From: an uncultured delta proteobacterium
GTDB taxonomy: Bacteria; Myxococcota_A; Polyangia; Polyangiales; Polyangiaceae
Length of the DNA: 64,000 bases
Assembly: GCA_963696385.1 (NCBI GenBank)
Contig: CAVOKF010000004.1
Location: forward strand, 832,001-896,000
Reading direction: 5' to 3'
A program made the translations under genes and the position numbers. Positions 31,617-44,117 of the stretch are shown piece by piece. Each line of letters starts with the position of its first letter. The first letter of the stretch is position 1. Below the pieces are notes generated by a model. That model saw only the letters and a program-made list of their open reading frames with translations. It had not been told where the DNA came from and did no database searches.

Positions 31617-33035
31617 TCAGAGTCCTTCGGCAATGGCACGTCCAAAGGCCGCGCGCGCCCGCTCGAGGTCGAACTGCCCGAGCGCCAGTTGAATCTCGGC
31701 ATCGGTCCGGACGGCTTCGGCGTCCGCGAGCTCGACGGCGTTGCCGATCCCCGCCCCAAAGCGCGCATCGGCCTGCCGCCAGTTGGCGCGCGCCGCGACC
31801 ACCGAGTTTTCAAGCGCTACGATGGTGGACCGGGCGACTTGCACGTGTTCGAACGTTTCTCGAACTTGCGCCAGGACCTGCAGGCGTACGACGTCGATCT
31901 CGTCGCGACGCACTTGCTCTTCGGCGACCGCGGCGTCGCGGCGGGCCACGACGACGCCGTCGAACAGCGGCCAGATCAAAAGAAGTCCCGCATCCCAGTT
32001 CGGAACGCTCGGAAGCCATCCCTCTCCAGTCGGGGTCGGCCCTGACGACGGCGGGGCACCGCCGGCGCGGCCGGAGATGGTAGCCGTCACCGAAAGATCC
32101 GGGCGGAGCTCGGCCCCGATCGCGCGTGCCCGGTCCTCCGTCCGCTTCAACTGGGCCAGAGCGGCGGCCAGGTGCGGATCGCGCTGCTGCGCCAGGGTCA
32201 GCGCGTCGCGCAGCGCAGGCATGTCCGAGACCTGCAGGGCGGCGTCGGCCGCATCGACGGCGGCGTTGGGCGCCCCGATCGAGGCGGCAAGCACGGTCTG
32301 GGCGACCACGAGTCCGCCGCGAGCCCTCAAGCGGCCCACGTCGTACCGATCCAAGTCCGCTTGGGCGCGCGTCAGTTCGATCGGAGAGCGAAGTCCGGAG
32401 TCCACCCCCCGCTTTGCGAGATCGCGGTGCACGAGCGAACGCGTGTAGGCTTCGTCGGCTGCGCGCACGATGCCTTTGGCCGAAAGGACCGAGAAAAAGG
32501 CCTCTTCAACGCCGAAGTCGATGTCCAGTCGTACACCGTCGGCCGCGTGCTTCTCCACCGTAACGAGCGCGTCGGCAGCGGCGCGCTGCGCCCCGATCCG
32601 CCCGAAGTCGAAGAGCTCCTGCTGGACTCCGGCTCCGACGAACGTGGACGCATAGGGGGACCACGTGCCCGTGGCAGTCACAGGCGTCCCGCCAATTCTC
32701 GGGACGTCCAAAAAATCGGGTACCACGTAGGTGGCGGTCGAGTTGTTGGCGGTCATCGCGAAGACCTGCGCCGTGGCCGTCACCTTCGGCTGCCACTGTG
32801 CACTCGGGACGCTCGCCTCGGCGATGCGCGCGGCAACTCGAGACACCGCGGCGTGGATGGCCGGCTGATGCGCGCGTGCGTACGCTAGGGCTTCCGACAC
32901 GGTCATCGTCCGGGTCGGGGTGACCGCATCCTGCGTTGGAGCGTCCGTCGCGGGGACCTGGGCACTCGCTGTCCCCGAGGTCAGGCCTGCCGTGAACCCG
33001 AGAAGACATGAGAGAGCGGCGCGCGGATCCATCAT
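31617..33035 (-). CDS. TolC-family outer-membrane efflux protein
   Basis: Signal peptide, QELFDFG and WPLFDG repeats, RF.AG.G...EL.DA. Confidence 0.88.
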   Translation of the reverse strand: MMDPRAALSCLLGFTAGLTSGTASAQVPATDAPTQDAVTPTRTMTVSEALAYARAHQPAIHAAVSRVAARIAEASVPSAQWQPKVTATAQVFAMTANNSTATYVVPDFLDVPRIGGTPVTATGTWSPYASTFVGAGVQQELFDFGRIGAQRAAADALVTVEKHAADGVRLDIDFGVEEAFFSVLSAKGIVRAADEAYTRSLVHRDLAKRGVDSGLRSPIELTRAQADLDRYDVGRLRARGGLVVAQTVLAASIGAPNAAVDAADAALQVSDMPALRDALTLAQQRDPHLAAALAQLKRTEDRARAIGAELRPDLSVTATISGRAGGAPPSSGPTPTGEGWLPSVPNWDAGLLLIWPLFDGVVVARRDAAVAEEQVRRDEIDVVRLQVLAQVRETFEHVQVARSTIVALENSVVAARANWRQADARFGAGIGNAVELADAEAVRTDAEIQLALGQFDLERARAAFGRAIAEGL

Positions 33036-33053
33036 GACTCGCGACCTGTCTAA

Positions 33054-33068
33054 GCACCCCTTATGCCA
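33054..33068 (-). promoter_or_regulatory. sigma54-like promoter of the tolC-regulator unit
   Basis: Minus strand TGGCATAAGGGGTGC (GG-N10-GC), just upstream of the tolC start. Confidence 0.6.
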
Positions 33069-33127
33069 CAACCACCGCTCTCGATGAACCGACGGGCCCG
33101 GCTCAGCTGGGCCAAGGTTCAGCGAAC

Positions 33128-33168
33128 GATCGGATTTTTTCCCTCCCGACCTGGAAAAATTCCCGATC
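33128..33168. promoter_or_regulatory. Inverted pair of motifs related to GATCGGGAAAATTTCC
   Basis: gatcggattttttccc ... ggaaaaattcccgatc; the second reads GATCGGGAATTTTTCC on the minus strand. Confidence 0.6.
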
Positions 33169-33249
33169 GCCGCCTTCGATCGCCCTCCCGAGGGCGGCTT
33201 GGCGGGTGCGTTGGGGTGGCCTGCGACTTGCTCAGAGCTGTGCCCCGGC

Positions 33250-34792
33250 ATGCTCGACGCGCTCCGATCGGCTCGCGATGTTCCGCTTCGCGCGCGGGGG
33301 CGCTCCCACCTCGTGGCGTGGATGGTTTTGGCCATCGGCGCCGTCACGGGGTTCGCCTGGTGGGATTCACGACGGGAGTCGGAGGCGATCCTTGGCGATC
33401 TCGGTCAGCAACAAGCGGTCGTCGCGTCCGTCGTCGCGCTCGATTCTGCGGGCTCACCTCGCGACCGTGGAGCGCGACGCCGTCCTCGCCTCCGAACGGG
33501 GCCCCGGCTGGAGCGAAGGTCGTTACCGCACGCTCGACGTCCGCGCGTCGGGAGCGCCGAGGGCGCCGGCCCCGTCCGGACTGCTGCTGACGGTCCCGAT
33601 GGCCGACGGTCGCTGGGTCGACGTGACGCTCGGTGCATCCGATCTCCTGGGTTACGCGCCACCCGTCCCGCCATCGGATGCAACCCAGCTTCTTCTCGTA
33701 CGGCTTCCGAGCGAGACCGTCCTGCACGCGGCCGATGGCCGGGTGCTGGCATCCTCACCCATTCGTGAAGCCCTCGATCGAGGGGAAGCGACGGTCCGGC
33801 TCAATCGAAGCGAAGCCGCTGCGGTCGGACTGACGCCACGAACGGCCATGGCCGGTTTGGCCCGGGTCGACGCCGGACCTCTCGGTCGATGGGGAGTCGT
33901 GGCGGTCGTCAGCGCGGCTCCTCAGCGCGATCGCGAAACGCGGGCGTTTTGGCGTTTCCTGTTCGGCGTGGCGATGGCGACAGGCCTGGTGCTGACCTTC
34001 GGCGGAGTCGCCTTGCGAAACCAGCGAAGCGAGCTCGAGGTGCAGCAACAACTTGCGATCGCCCACGTGGAGCGAGAGAGCGAAGAGCGACTCGCGCGGG
34101 CCGAGCGGATAGCCACGATGGGAACGTTCGCGATGGGCGTCGTGCATGAGGTCTCCACGCCGCTCGGGGTCATCATCGGCCGGGCCGAGCAGATTGGCGG
34201 GCGGCCCGATCAAGACGACCGGGACGTGCGTGCCGCGCAAGCCATCATTGGGCAGGTGGACCGAATACGGCGTGTCGTTCGGCGTTTTCTCGACATGGCG
34301 CGAGGCGGTCCGCCCTCGCTCGCCCGAACCGATCCCGGTGACGTGGTTCGGTCGGCCGCGGCCTCGGTCGAACACCGGTTCGCCAAGGCGGCCGTGGCGT
34401 TGTCCATCGACGTCGTCGCGAACGCGGGTGAAATCTTGTGCGACCGCGCGCTGCTCGAACAGGCCATGGTCAACTTACTGCTCAACGCCTGCGATGCCTG
34501 CGCACCCGGAGGGCACGTCGAGATCTCGACTCGGTCCGACGCGCAAGAGGTCGTGTTCGTCGTGACCGATGACGGGGTAGGGATCAAGCCGGAAGTGGCG
34601 GCGCGCGCCAAAGAATCCTTCTTCACGACCAAAGCCGCCGGAAGCGGAACCGGCTTGGGTCTGGCCATCACGTCGGAGATCGCCAAGAGCCATCGAGGCG
34701 AACTCACCCTCGCGCCCAACGGCGACCGGGGCACCCGCGCCTGCATCGAGATCCCGGTTGCGATGAAGGCAGGGATGCATGCCCACGGCTGA
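33250..34792 (+). CDS. Membrane sensor histidine kinase, +1 frameshift near 33444
   Basis: TM1 in the first frame; TM2, H-box VVHEVSTPL, NLLLNA.DA, DDGVGI and FFTTK..GTGLGL in the next frame. Confidence 0.88.
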
Positions 34793-35156
34793 GGTCCCGC
34801 GCGTGTTCGTCGTCGACGACCAGGTCGACATGGCGGAAGTGATTGCCGAAAGCTTGTCTCACCGCGGCTACGAGGCGATCGCGATGAGCTCGGGTCGCGA
34901 GGCGATGCGGCGGCTTGCCGCCGAACGAGTCGATGCCCTCATCACCGACCTCGGAATGCCCGAAGTCAACGGCCTCGCGCTCCTACGGGCTTCCATCCAG
35001 CTCGACCCCTCGCGGCCCGTCATCGTGATGACCGCGTACAGCTCGCTCGAGACGGCGGCCGAGGCCACCGGCGACGGGGCATTCCACTATTTGTGCAAGC
35101 CGTTCCGACTCGACGTTCTCTATCGACTCCTCGAGAGTGCGCTCAACCTCCGCTAG
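34779..35156 (+). CDS. Single-domain response regulator
   Basis: VFVVDD, ITDLGMP, MTA and KPF. Confidence 0.9.
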   Translation: MPTAEVPRVFVVDDQVDMAEVIAESLSHRGYEAIAMSSGREAMRRLAAERVDALITDLGMPEVNGLALLRASIQLDPSRPVIVMTAYSSLETAAEATGDGAFHYLCKPFRLDVLYRLLESALNLR

Positions 35157-35297
35157 CCCCGCCCCGCCGAGCCCCGATCGCTCCAGGAACTTTCCGTGCC
35201 TCGTCGAAAGGGTCTCCGATGCCTTCCCCACCTCCGCCGTTCGCTTCGCCGTTTCTCGCAAGGGTCCCGGGTACGGACTTGGATAGGCCGAGGGCTT

Positions 35298-35912
35298 GTG
35301 AACGGCCGGCACGAACGTCAATCGGCGCCCGCCAGGGTCCTTCTCCGCTTCGGGGGTGCCGTCCTGTGCGTGACGAGCGCGGCCTCCGTGCGGGCTGATC
35401 CGGCTGCCTTATTCGCGCGACCCATCGCCGGATGGACTCCTGGCGGCGTCGCGGCTGGGGGGCCTTCCGGGGGAGCGCTGCTCGCAGTGGAGGGTGGGTC
35501 GGCCGTGATGTTCGCGTCCGGTCCCGGCCCCGCTCGCGGTAGCTTTGCTTTCGGCGTTCGAGCGGGTTGGGCGTTCTCCAACGGCCTCGCCGTCCACCTG
35601 CGCTACGACGACCTCGGCATAAGCCTCGCTCCGTCGTCGTCACCTTTGCAGCTCGCGACGGCTGGGCTTCGCTACTCGGTCCCGTTTCTTTTCCCGTTGC
35701 CGTTCGCCGAGGTGGACGCGGGGCCGGCGTTCGTGGGCGGCGAGGCGAGGGTCGGCGCCGGCGCGGGGCTGGGCGCTTCGCTCCCTCTCGGATCGCACGT
35801 TCTCGTGGACCTCGTAGCACGCGATTGGCTCGTCCCCATCGCCGGTGAGCTGCGCCAAACGTTGACCGCAAGCCTCGGCCTCACCGTCACCTTCGCGTCG
35901 CCTTCGCACTGA
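35298..35912 (+). CDS. Hypothetical outer-membrane beta-barrel-like protein
   Basis: Signal-like segment ending VRA; amphipathic Gly/aromatic strands (GVRAGW, AGLRY, GLTVTF). Start uncertain. Confidence 0.5.
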   Translation: MNGRHERQSAPARVLLRFGGAVLCVTSAASVRADPAALFARPIAGWTPGGVAAGGPSGGALLAVEGGSAVMFASGPGPARGSFAFGVRAGWAFSNGLAVHLRYDDLGISLAPSSSPLQLATAGLRYSVPFLFPLPFAEVDAGPAFVGGEARVGAGAGLGASLPLGSHVLVDLVARDWLVPIAGELRQTLTASLGLTVTFASPSH

Positions 35913-35930
35913 GGCTCGGAGAAGAGATCC

Positions 35931-36842
35931 ATGCGCCCCTTCGCTCGTCTCGCCAAAACCCTATCGACTGGATTCGTCGCACTCCCACTTCTGGGCACCG
36001 GATGCTCCTACGCGACGATCGGACCCGGCCAGGTAGGCGTCGTGTGGACGCCAAGTGGCACGCGCCCCGACGTGCTGCCCGAGGGTACTTGGGGCGTCGG
36101 ATTCTTCGACCGCCCCACCGCGTACGACGCGAGATTGCAGGGACGCGACGAAAGGCTCGAGGTGCTCGCGTCGAACGGTCTGCGCATCGTCCTCGACGCG
36201 TCGATCCGCTATCACATCGTGCCCGCCGAAGCGGTGAAGCTCGATCACGAGTTCGGCGTCCATTATTACGAGATCCTGCTCGGGCCGATCCTGCGGTCGC
36301 AAGCGCGGCGCGTCGTCGGTCGATATCAGCCCGAGGAAATCTACTCGTCTCAGCGCGAGCTCATCGAGCGGCAGATCCGCGAGGGCGTCGAGAGCGCCAT
36401 CACCGGACGCCACATCGCGCTCGAGGCGGTGCTGATTCGAAACGTAACGCTGCCGGATACGATCCAGCAGGCGATCAACGACAAGCTGCAAGCCGAGCAG
36501 CTAGCTCTCAAAATGAAATTCGTTCTCGACCAGGCGCAAGCCGAGGCTGAAAAGCGACTCATCGAACAGAAGGCGGAGGCCGACCGGGCACGCATCTTGG
36601 CCCGATCTCGCGCCGAAACCGACAAGATCCAAGCCGAGGGGCAAGCCGAAGCCACCCGAATCACCGCCGCGGCAACTGCCGATTACGAGAAGCTGATCGG
36701 GTTGCACCTGACCGACCCCATGTTGCGCTGGCAGGAGATCGAGGCCCTGCGCGGTCTCGCAGCCTCGCCCAACAGCAAGCTCATTTTCATCGGTCGCGGA
36801 GCCGGCGCCCCCTTGCTGGAGCTCAAGGAAGGTCCGCCATGA
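35931..36842 (+). CDS. SPFH/prohibitin (band 7) family protein
   Basis: PG.VGV, R.VVG.Y..EE.YS..R, V.IRNV.LP..I..AI..K..AEQ and an Ala/Glu coiled coil. Confidence 0.9.
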   Translation: MRPFARLAKTLSTGFVALPLLGTGCSYATIGPGQVGVVWTPSGTRPDVLPEGTWGVGFFDRPTAYDARLQGRDERLEVLASNGLRIVLDASIRYHIVPAEAVKLDHEFGVHYYEILLGPILRSQARRVVGRYQPEEIYSSQRELIERQIREGVESAITGRHIALEAVLIRNVTLPDTIQQAINDKLQAEQLALKMKFVLDQAQAEAEKRLIEQKAEADRARILARSRAETDKIQAEGQAEATRITAAATADYEKLIGLHLTDPMLRWQEIEALRGLAASPNSKLIFIGRGAGAPLLELKEGPP

Positions 36843-36956
36843 AGACGAAAGGGCCATGGGTCGTCGCGGCCGTAGGCTCGAGGGAGCTCGGGCGCCGTAC
36901 CCGATCGGACGTCGAGGACGACGACAGGCAGGGTGGGATAGGACGCGCCATCGGGA

Positions 36957-40273
<3,317 letters not shown>

Positions 40274-40277
<4 letters not shown>

Positions 40278-41419
40278 CGACGCACCTCGACGGGGGTGCC
40301 GTCGCGCAGGCCCGTGGGGGGAGCGGCGACGACGGCTTCGGTCGCAGAGAGCCCCGAGAGGATCTCGGTCCACGGCCCTTGCTCCTCGCCGCGAGTGATC
40401 ATCCGAAGCCGCGCGTACCCCCCTTCGACGACGAAGACGCGATCGAGTGCGCCGAAGGACGTGAGCGCCGTCGTCGGAACGACCAGGCGCGGTCGTGCGC
40501 CGACCTGAAAGCCCACGCGTGCGAACGTCCCCGGCCGGAGCGAGCCGGCGTCCGAGGACAAATCGATCTTCACGAGGAACGTACGCGACGCGACGTCGAC
40601 GCTCGGCACGATCTCGCCTACTTTGCCGACGAGAGGCTTGGCCAGCGTCTGAATCTCGACGCTCGCGTCGTCGCCGACCTTCACGTCGTCGAGGTGCGAC
40701 TCCTCGACCGCCGCCTCGACGCGAAGCGTCCCTTCGTCGACGAGGACGAGCAGGGCCATTCCCGGCGACGCGAGCGTCCCGGGGTCCACCCGTCGCTCGA
40801 CCACTCGCCCCGCGAAGGGAGCGACGATGTCCGCGTAACCGAGCGTGATCTGCGCTTCGCCCAGGCCGGCCTTCGCCTCGTCGATCCTCGACGACAACGA
40901 ACGGACGCGGGCCTGCGCCATGAGCTCTTGCGCGGCCGCGCCTCGAAAGCGAGCCTCCGCCTCGTCGTATTGCTGCTCGGGGATCGCGTTGTCCTTCAAG
41001 AGTGAGCCCATGCGGTCGTAAGTCGATCGGGCGACCTTTGCTGCAGCACGCGCGGCCTCGAGCGCATTTTCCGCCTCGGCCTTCGCCTCCGCCGACTGAT
41101 CGAGTCCTGCCCGCGCCCTCGCGACGGAGGCACGTACGTCGTTCGCCTCGAGCTCGACGAGCAGCTGCCCGGCGGTCACCCGATCGCCCGAGCGCACACG
41201 GACCGCTCGCACGGTACCCATCGTCCTGCTCGTGAGAATCGCGGTGTTGCGTCCGCGAACCGTTCCGCTTGCGCGATACACGACGGCAAGGGGTTCCTCA
41301 TGCGCGCTGGCGACGGCCACCGAGATGGCGCCCGCTTCGGCGGCGGGATGCCGGGGCTCGCTCGCGCATGCGGTCGCCGCAAAGAGGGGGAGCAAGAGCG
41401 CGATCGCAGGTTGTTTCAT
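40274..41419 (-). CDS. RND efflux periplasmic adaptor (lipoprotein)
   Basis: Lipobox TAC, V.SGD.V..GQLL, APF.G.V, D..SRTF.VK and LRPG.F; ATGA overlap with the permease. Confidence 0.9.
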
Positions 41420-41508
41420 GGGTTGCCTTTCGGCCGTAAGAGCCGAGGTGTGGGAGAAAGGGTTCGCCACGGTCGCGTCCCGTCGCGGCGCAAATCCGCC
41501 GAGGACGC

Positions 41509-41523
41509 GCAAGGCTTGCGCCA
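41509..41523 (-). promoter_or_regulatory. sigma54 -24/-12 promoter candidate for the second RND operon
   Basis: Minus strand TGGCGCAAGCCTTGC (GG-N10-GC), about 90 bp before the adaptor start. Confidence 0.55.
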
Positions 41524-41632
41524 GATGGCAACCAAGTGCGGACGGGGTCCGGGCAACGTGCGCGCCGGTCGGCGTGAACCGTTTCTTGCTACTGAGGCTC
41601 TCACCCGAGTGAAGGAACTGAAAGGAGAGCCC

Positions 41633-42052
41633 ATGGAGGACATCGAGGTTACGTTTCCCGGCGGAAAGCGCGCCGATGCCCGCGTCGGGCCCTATGTCGT
41701 CCACACGGACCAGCCCGTCGATGCCGGCGGCGAAGCCACCGCCGTCGCGCCGTTCGACTTGTTCCTCGCCTCGCTCGCGACCTGCGCCGGGCTGTACGTC
41801 CTCGCCTTCTGCCAAGTACGGGGTCTATCGATCGACGGGCTCGCCGTTCGTCAGCATGTCGACGTCGATCCGGGGACCAAACTCCCGACCCGCATCCACT
41901 TGGAACTGAGGCTCCCGCCGTCGTTTCCGGATAAGTACCGCTCTGCGGTCGTTCGTGCCGCCGAGGGATGCAAGGTCAAAAAGACGATCGCGGCTGCGCC
42001 TGCGATCGAGGTCGCTGTCGCGACGGACGCACCGCTCGTGAAAGCATCGTGA
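41633..42052 (+). CDS. OsmC-family protein
   Basis: TDQP...GG....P..LFLASL.TCAG and second Cys in GCKVK; AAAGGAG Shine-Dalgarno. Confidence 0.88.
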   Translation: MEDIEVTFPGGKRADARVGPYVVHTDQPVDAGGEATAVAPFDLFLASLATCAGLYVLAFCQVRGLSIDGLAVRQHVDVDPGTKLPTRIHLELRLPPSFPDKYRSAVVRAAEGCKVKKTIAAAPAIEVAVATDAPLVKAS

Positions 42053-42065
42053 ACCGGGGTCCACG

Positions 42066-42137
42066 ATGAACGCGCTATTTCCGAACGATGCAGGACACCT
42101 CGATCGCGGCATTCGAGTGGTCCTCGGCCGGCCTTAG
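42066..42137 (+). pseudogene. Truncated DUF2892/YgaP-like membrane protein
   Basis: MNALFPNDAGHLDRGIRVVLG resembles the N..G..DR..R...G start of DUF2892 proteins, then stops after 23 aa. Confidence 0.5.
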
Positions 42138-42248
42138 CGCGCGGACGATCTCCGCCTCGCGAATTTCGATCAGCGAGCCTACGCTCGGCTCGAAGTGCCA
42201 ATCCACCCCTTGGCGAACCCTTTGTGCGCAATCTGGCTCCAACGCTTC

Positions 42249-42416
42249 ATGACCCTTCGCTCGGTCGCGTTCGCCGCTCTCGGCGCCGTCATCGGCCTCG
42301 CGTACCAGCGCCTCGTCGGTTGCAGGACAGGAGCGTGCCCGATCACCGCCAACCCGTACATTTCGACCCTCTATGGCGCGACCATGGGCTTGCTTCTTTC
42401 CGGCGGCCTTCGTTGA
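42249..42416 (+). CDS. DUF6132-like small membrane protein
   Basis: GA..G.AY...VGC.TG.CPIT.NP..S.LYG...G. Confidence 0.75.
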   Translation: MTLRSVAFAALGAVIGLAYQRLVGCRTGACPITANPYISTLYGATMGLLLSGGLR

Positions 42417-42725
42417 GCCGTGAACCCTTCCTCGCGGGCCCGTCTCTTCCCAGCGGGGCGAGCGAGCTGTCCGCATCCGTTGGCGAAGCGGTGTTCGCAA
42501 CGACGTCTGCTTCGCCCAAGAGGACGAGTGCTCGGAAAGGAGAGGCGCGGACGTAAAGACCATGGGCCTGGCGGATGTCGGGGACGCCGAGGTCGATGTC
42601 CTTTTCTGCGTGCGTCACGAGACTCGAGACGCCCACGGCGAGGCGGGGGGTCGGCGCCATTTCGAAAACCCCCCCCCATGAGGATGAAGCTCGTCGAGGC
42701 CGGCGCGCCGTTCGGGCTTGCACTA

Positions 42726-42747
42726 TGTTTCGAATTTGTTAGAAATA
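42726..42747. promoter_or_regulatory. AT-rich imperfect palindrome, likely ArsR operator
   Basis: TGTTTCGAA-TTTG-TTAGAAATA immediately upstream of arsR. Confidence 0.55.
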
Positions 42748-42756
42748 CATTCGCTG

Positions 42757-43065
42757 ATGTCCGCCAAGCTGGATCGCCATGCAGAACAGCTCGCGGCGCT
42801 TGGAAGTCCGGTCCGGCTCTGCATCCTTCGCTACGTGGTGCAAGGCGACGAGACGGGAACACCGGCAGGCGAGATCCAGGCGAAGCTCGAGATTCCGGCG
42901 TCGACCCTCAGTCATCACCTCGAGCGATTATCGGCCGCGGGCCTTCTCACGTCGCGTCGTGAAGGAACGTTCATCCATTACCGCGCAGAGTATGCAGCGC
43001 TTCGCGCGCTGACGGACTACCTGTGGGAAGACTGTTGCAAACGCGGCAAGGGCGCGTGCTGTTGA
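42757..43065 (+). CDS. arsR: ArsR/SmtB repressor with C-terminal vicinal cysteines
   Basis: LAALG...RL.I, STLSHHL..L..AGL, RREG..I.Y; ends EDCCKRGKGACC. Confidence 0.9.
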   Translation: MSAKLDRHAEQLAALGSPVRLCILRYVVQGDETGTPAGEIQAKLEIPASTLSHHLERLSAAGLLTSRREGTFIHYRAEYAALRALTDYLWEDCCKRGKGACC

Positions 43066-43181
43066 TCGAAGTCCGCGCGCTCAGCCGTCGGGCGGTGATC
43101 GCACCGTGGATCTCCGACGTGACCAGAGGCCTTGCCCAGCTCGACGGCGCACCGGCCCAGATGGCCGAGGACTCGACATGA
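43062..43181 (+). other. 39-aa mini-ORF overlapping both neighbours (possible internally deleted gene)
   Basis: The TTG start overlaps the arsR stop (TTGA) and its stop overlaps the aquaporin start (ATGA). Confidence 0.45.
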
Positions 43182-43906
43182 AAGCGGCTTCGCTGACTCA
43201 ACGCGCGGTGTCCGAGCTCGTCGGTACGGCGTTGCTGCTCGCGACGGTCGTCGGCTCGGGCATCATGGGCGAGCGACTCGCCGGTGGCAACGTGGCGATC
43301 GCCTTGCTCGCGAACACCCTCGCCACCGGTGCCGGCCTCGTCGCGTTCATTCTGACGTTCGGGCCGCTGAGCGGCGCCCACTTCAATCCAGCCGTGACCC
43401 TCGCCGACGCGAGCCAGGGGGGTCTCGCTTGGCGTGACGTGCCTGTCTACTTGATCGCCCAGGTGGCCGGCGCGTTCGCCGGCGTGGCCGTCGCGCACGT
43501 CATGTTCAAGGAGCCCGCGCTCTTCTTTGCCTCGCAACACGAGCGGTCCGGCATGGCCCAGCTGGTGAGCGAGTTCGTTGCGACGTTTGGATTGCTCTCG
43601 ATCATCTGGGGCTGCGTCCGAACTCGACCGGGAGCCGTGCCCTTCGCCGTCGGGGCGTACATCACGGCGGCATACTGGTTTACGTCGTCGACGTCGTTCG
43701 CCAACCCGGCTGTGACCCTCGCGCGAGCGGCCAGCGATACATTCGCCGGGATTCGACCCATCGACGCGCCGGGCTTCATCGTCGCGCAGCTGCTTGGAGC
43801 GGCGTCGGCGACGGCGCTCTTTCGATGGCTCGTGCCGACGCTGCCGCGCTATGCCGCACGCGTCATCGACCGCGTGCCCGACGCCCAGCCGGGCGAAGAG
43901 CTCTGA
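43178..43906 (+). CDS. MIP/aquaporin family channel (ars-associated type)
   Basis: SGAHFNPAVT and SFANPAVT motifs, GSGIMGERL and YWFTSSTSF. Confidence 0.92.
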   Translation: MKAASLTQRAVSELVGTALLLATVVGSGIMGERLAGGNVAIALLANTLATGAGLVAFILTFGPLSGAHFNPAVTLADASQGGLAWRDVPVYLIAQVAGAFAGVAVAHVMFKEPALFFASQHERSGMAQLVSEFVATFGLLSIIWGCVRTRPGAVPFAVGAYITAAYWFTSSTSFANPAVTLARAASDTFAGIRPIDAPGFIVAQLLGAASATALFRWLVPTLPRYAARVIDRVPDAQPGEEL

Positions 43907-43922
43907 TGAAACGATTGCTGGT

Positions 43923-44087
43923 TCAGTTACACGCCACCGCTCGGCAGCACGCGCGTAGGAGCTCCTCAAGCATCCTCCGTCCGCGCTGTACGCGCGACTT
44001 GGCTCCCGAGATTGAGAGGCCGGACCGCGCAGCGAAGTCGCGCTGACTGACGCCCTCCACGTCCACGAGTCGAAGCGCCTGGTACGG
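43923..44087 (-). pseudogene. Region-4 remnant of a SigZ-like ECF sigma factor
   Basis: PYQALRLVDVEGVSQRDFAARSGLSISGAKSRVQRGRRMLEELLRACC carries the SigZ-type GAKSRVQRGR...CC signature. No start codon or region 2. Confidence 0.7.
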
Positions 44088-44117
44088 ACGCCAGGTCCTG
44101 CTCCGGGTAGCCGAACC

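Noticed and set aside
35165..35285. GGAACTTTCC and a GG-N10-GG element as a further site of the sigma54 regulon
   Set aside because: Both match the motif and the -12 consensus too poorly.
43906..44046. MKRLL... ORF as arsC
   Set aside because: There is no CxxN...R active-site loop, and the sequence beyond a few codons is explained by the opposite-strand sigma remnant.
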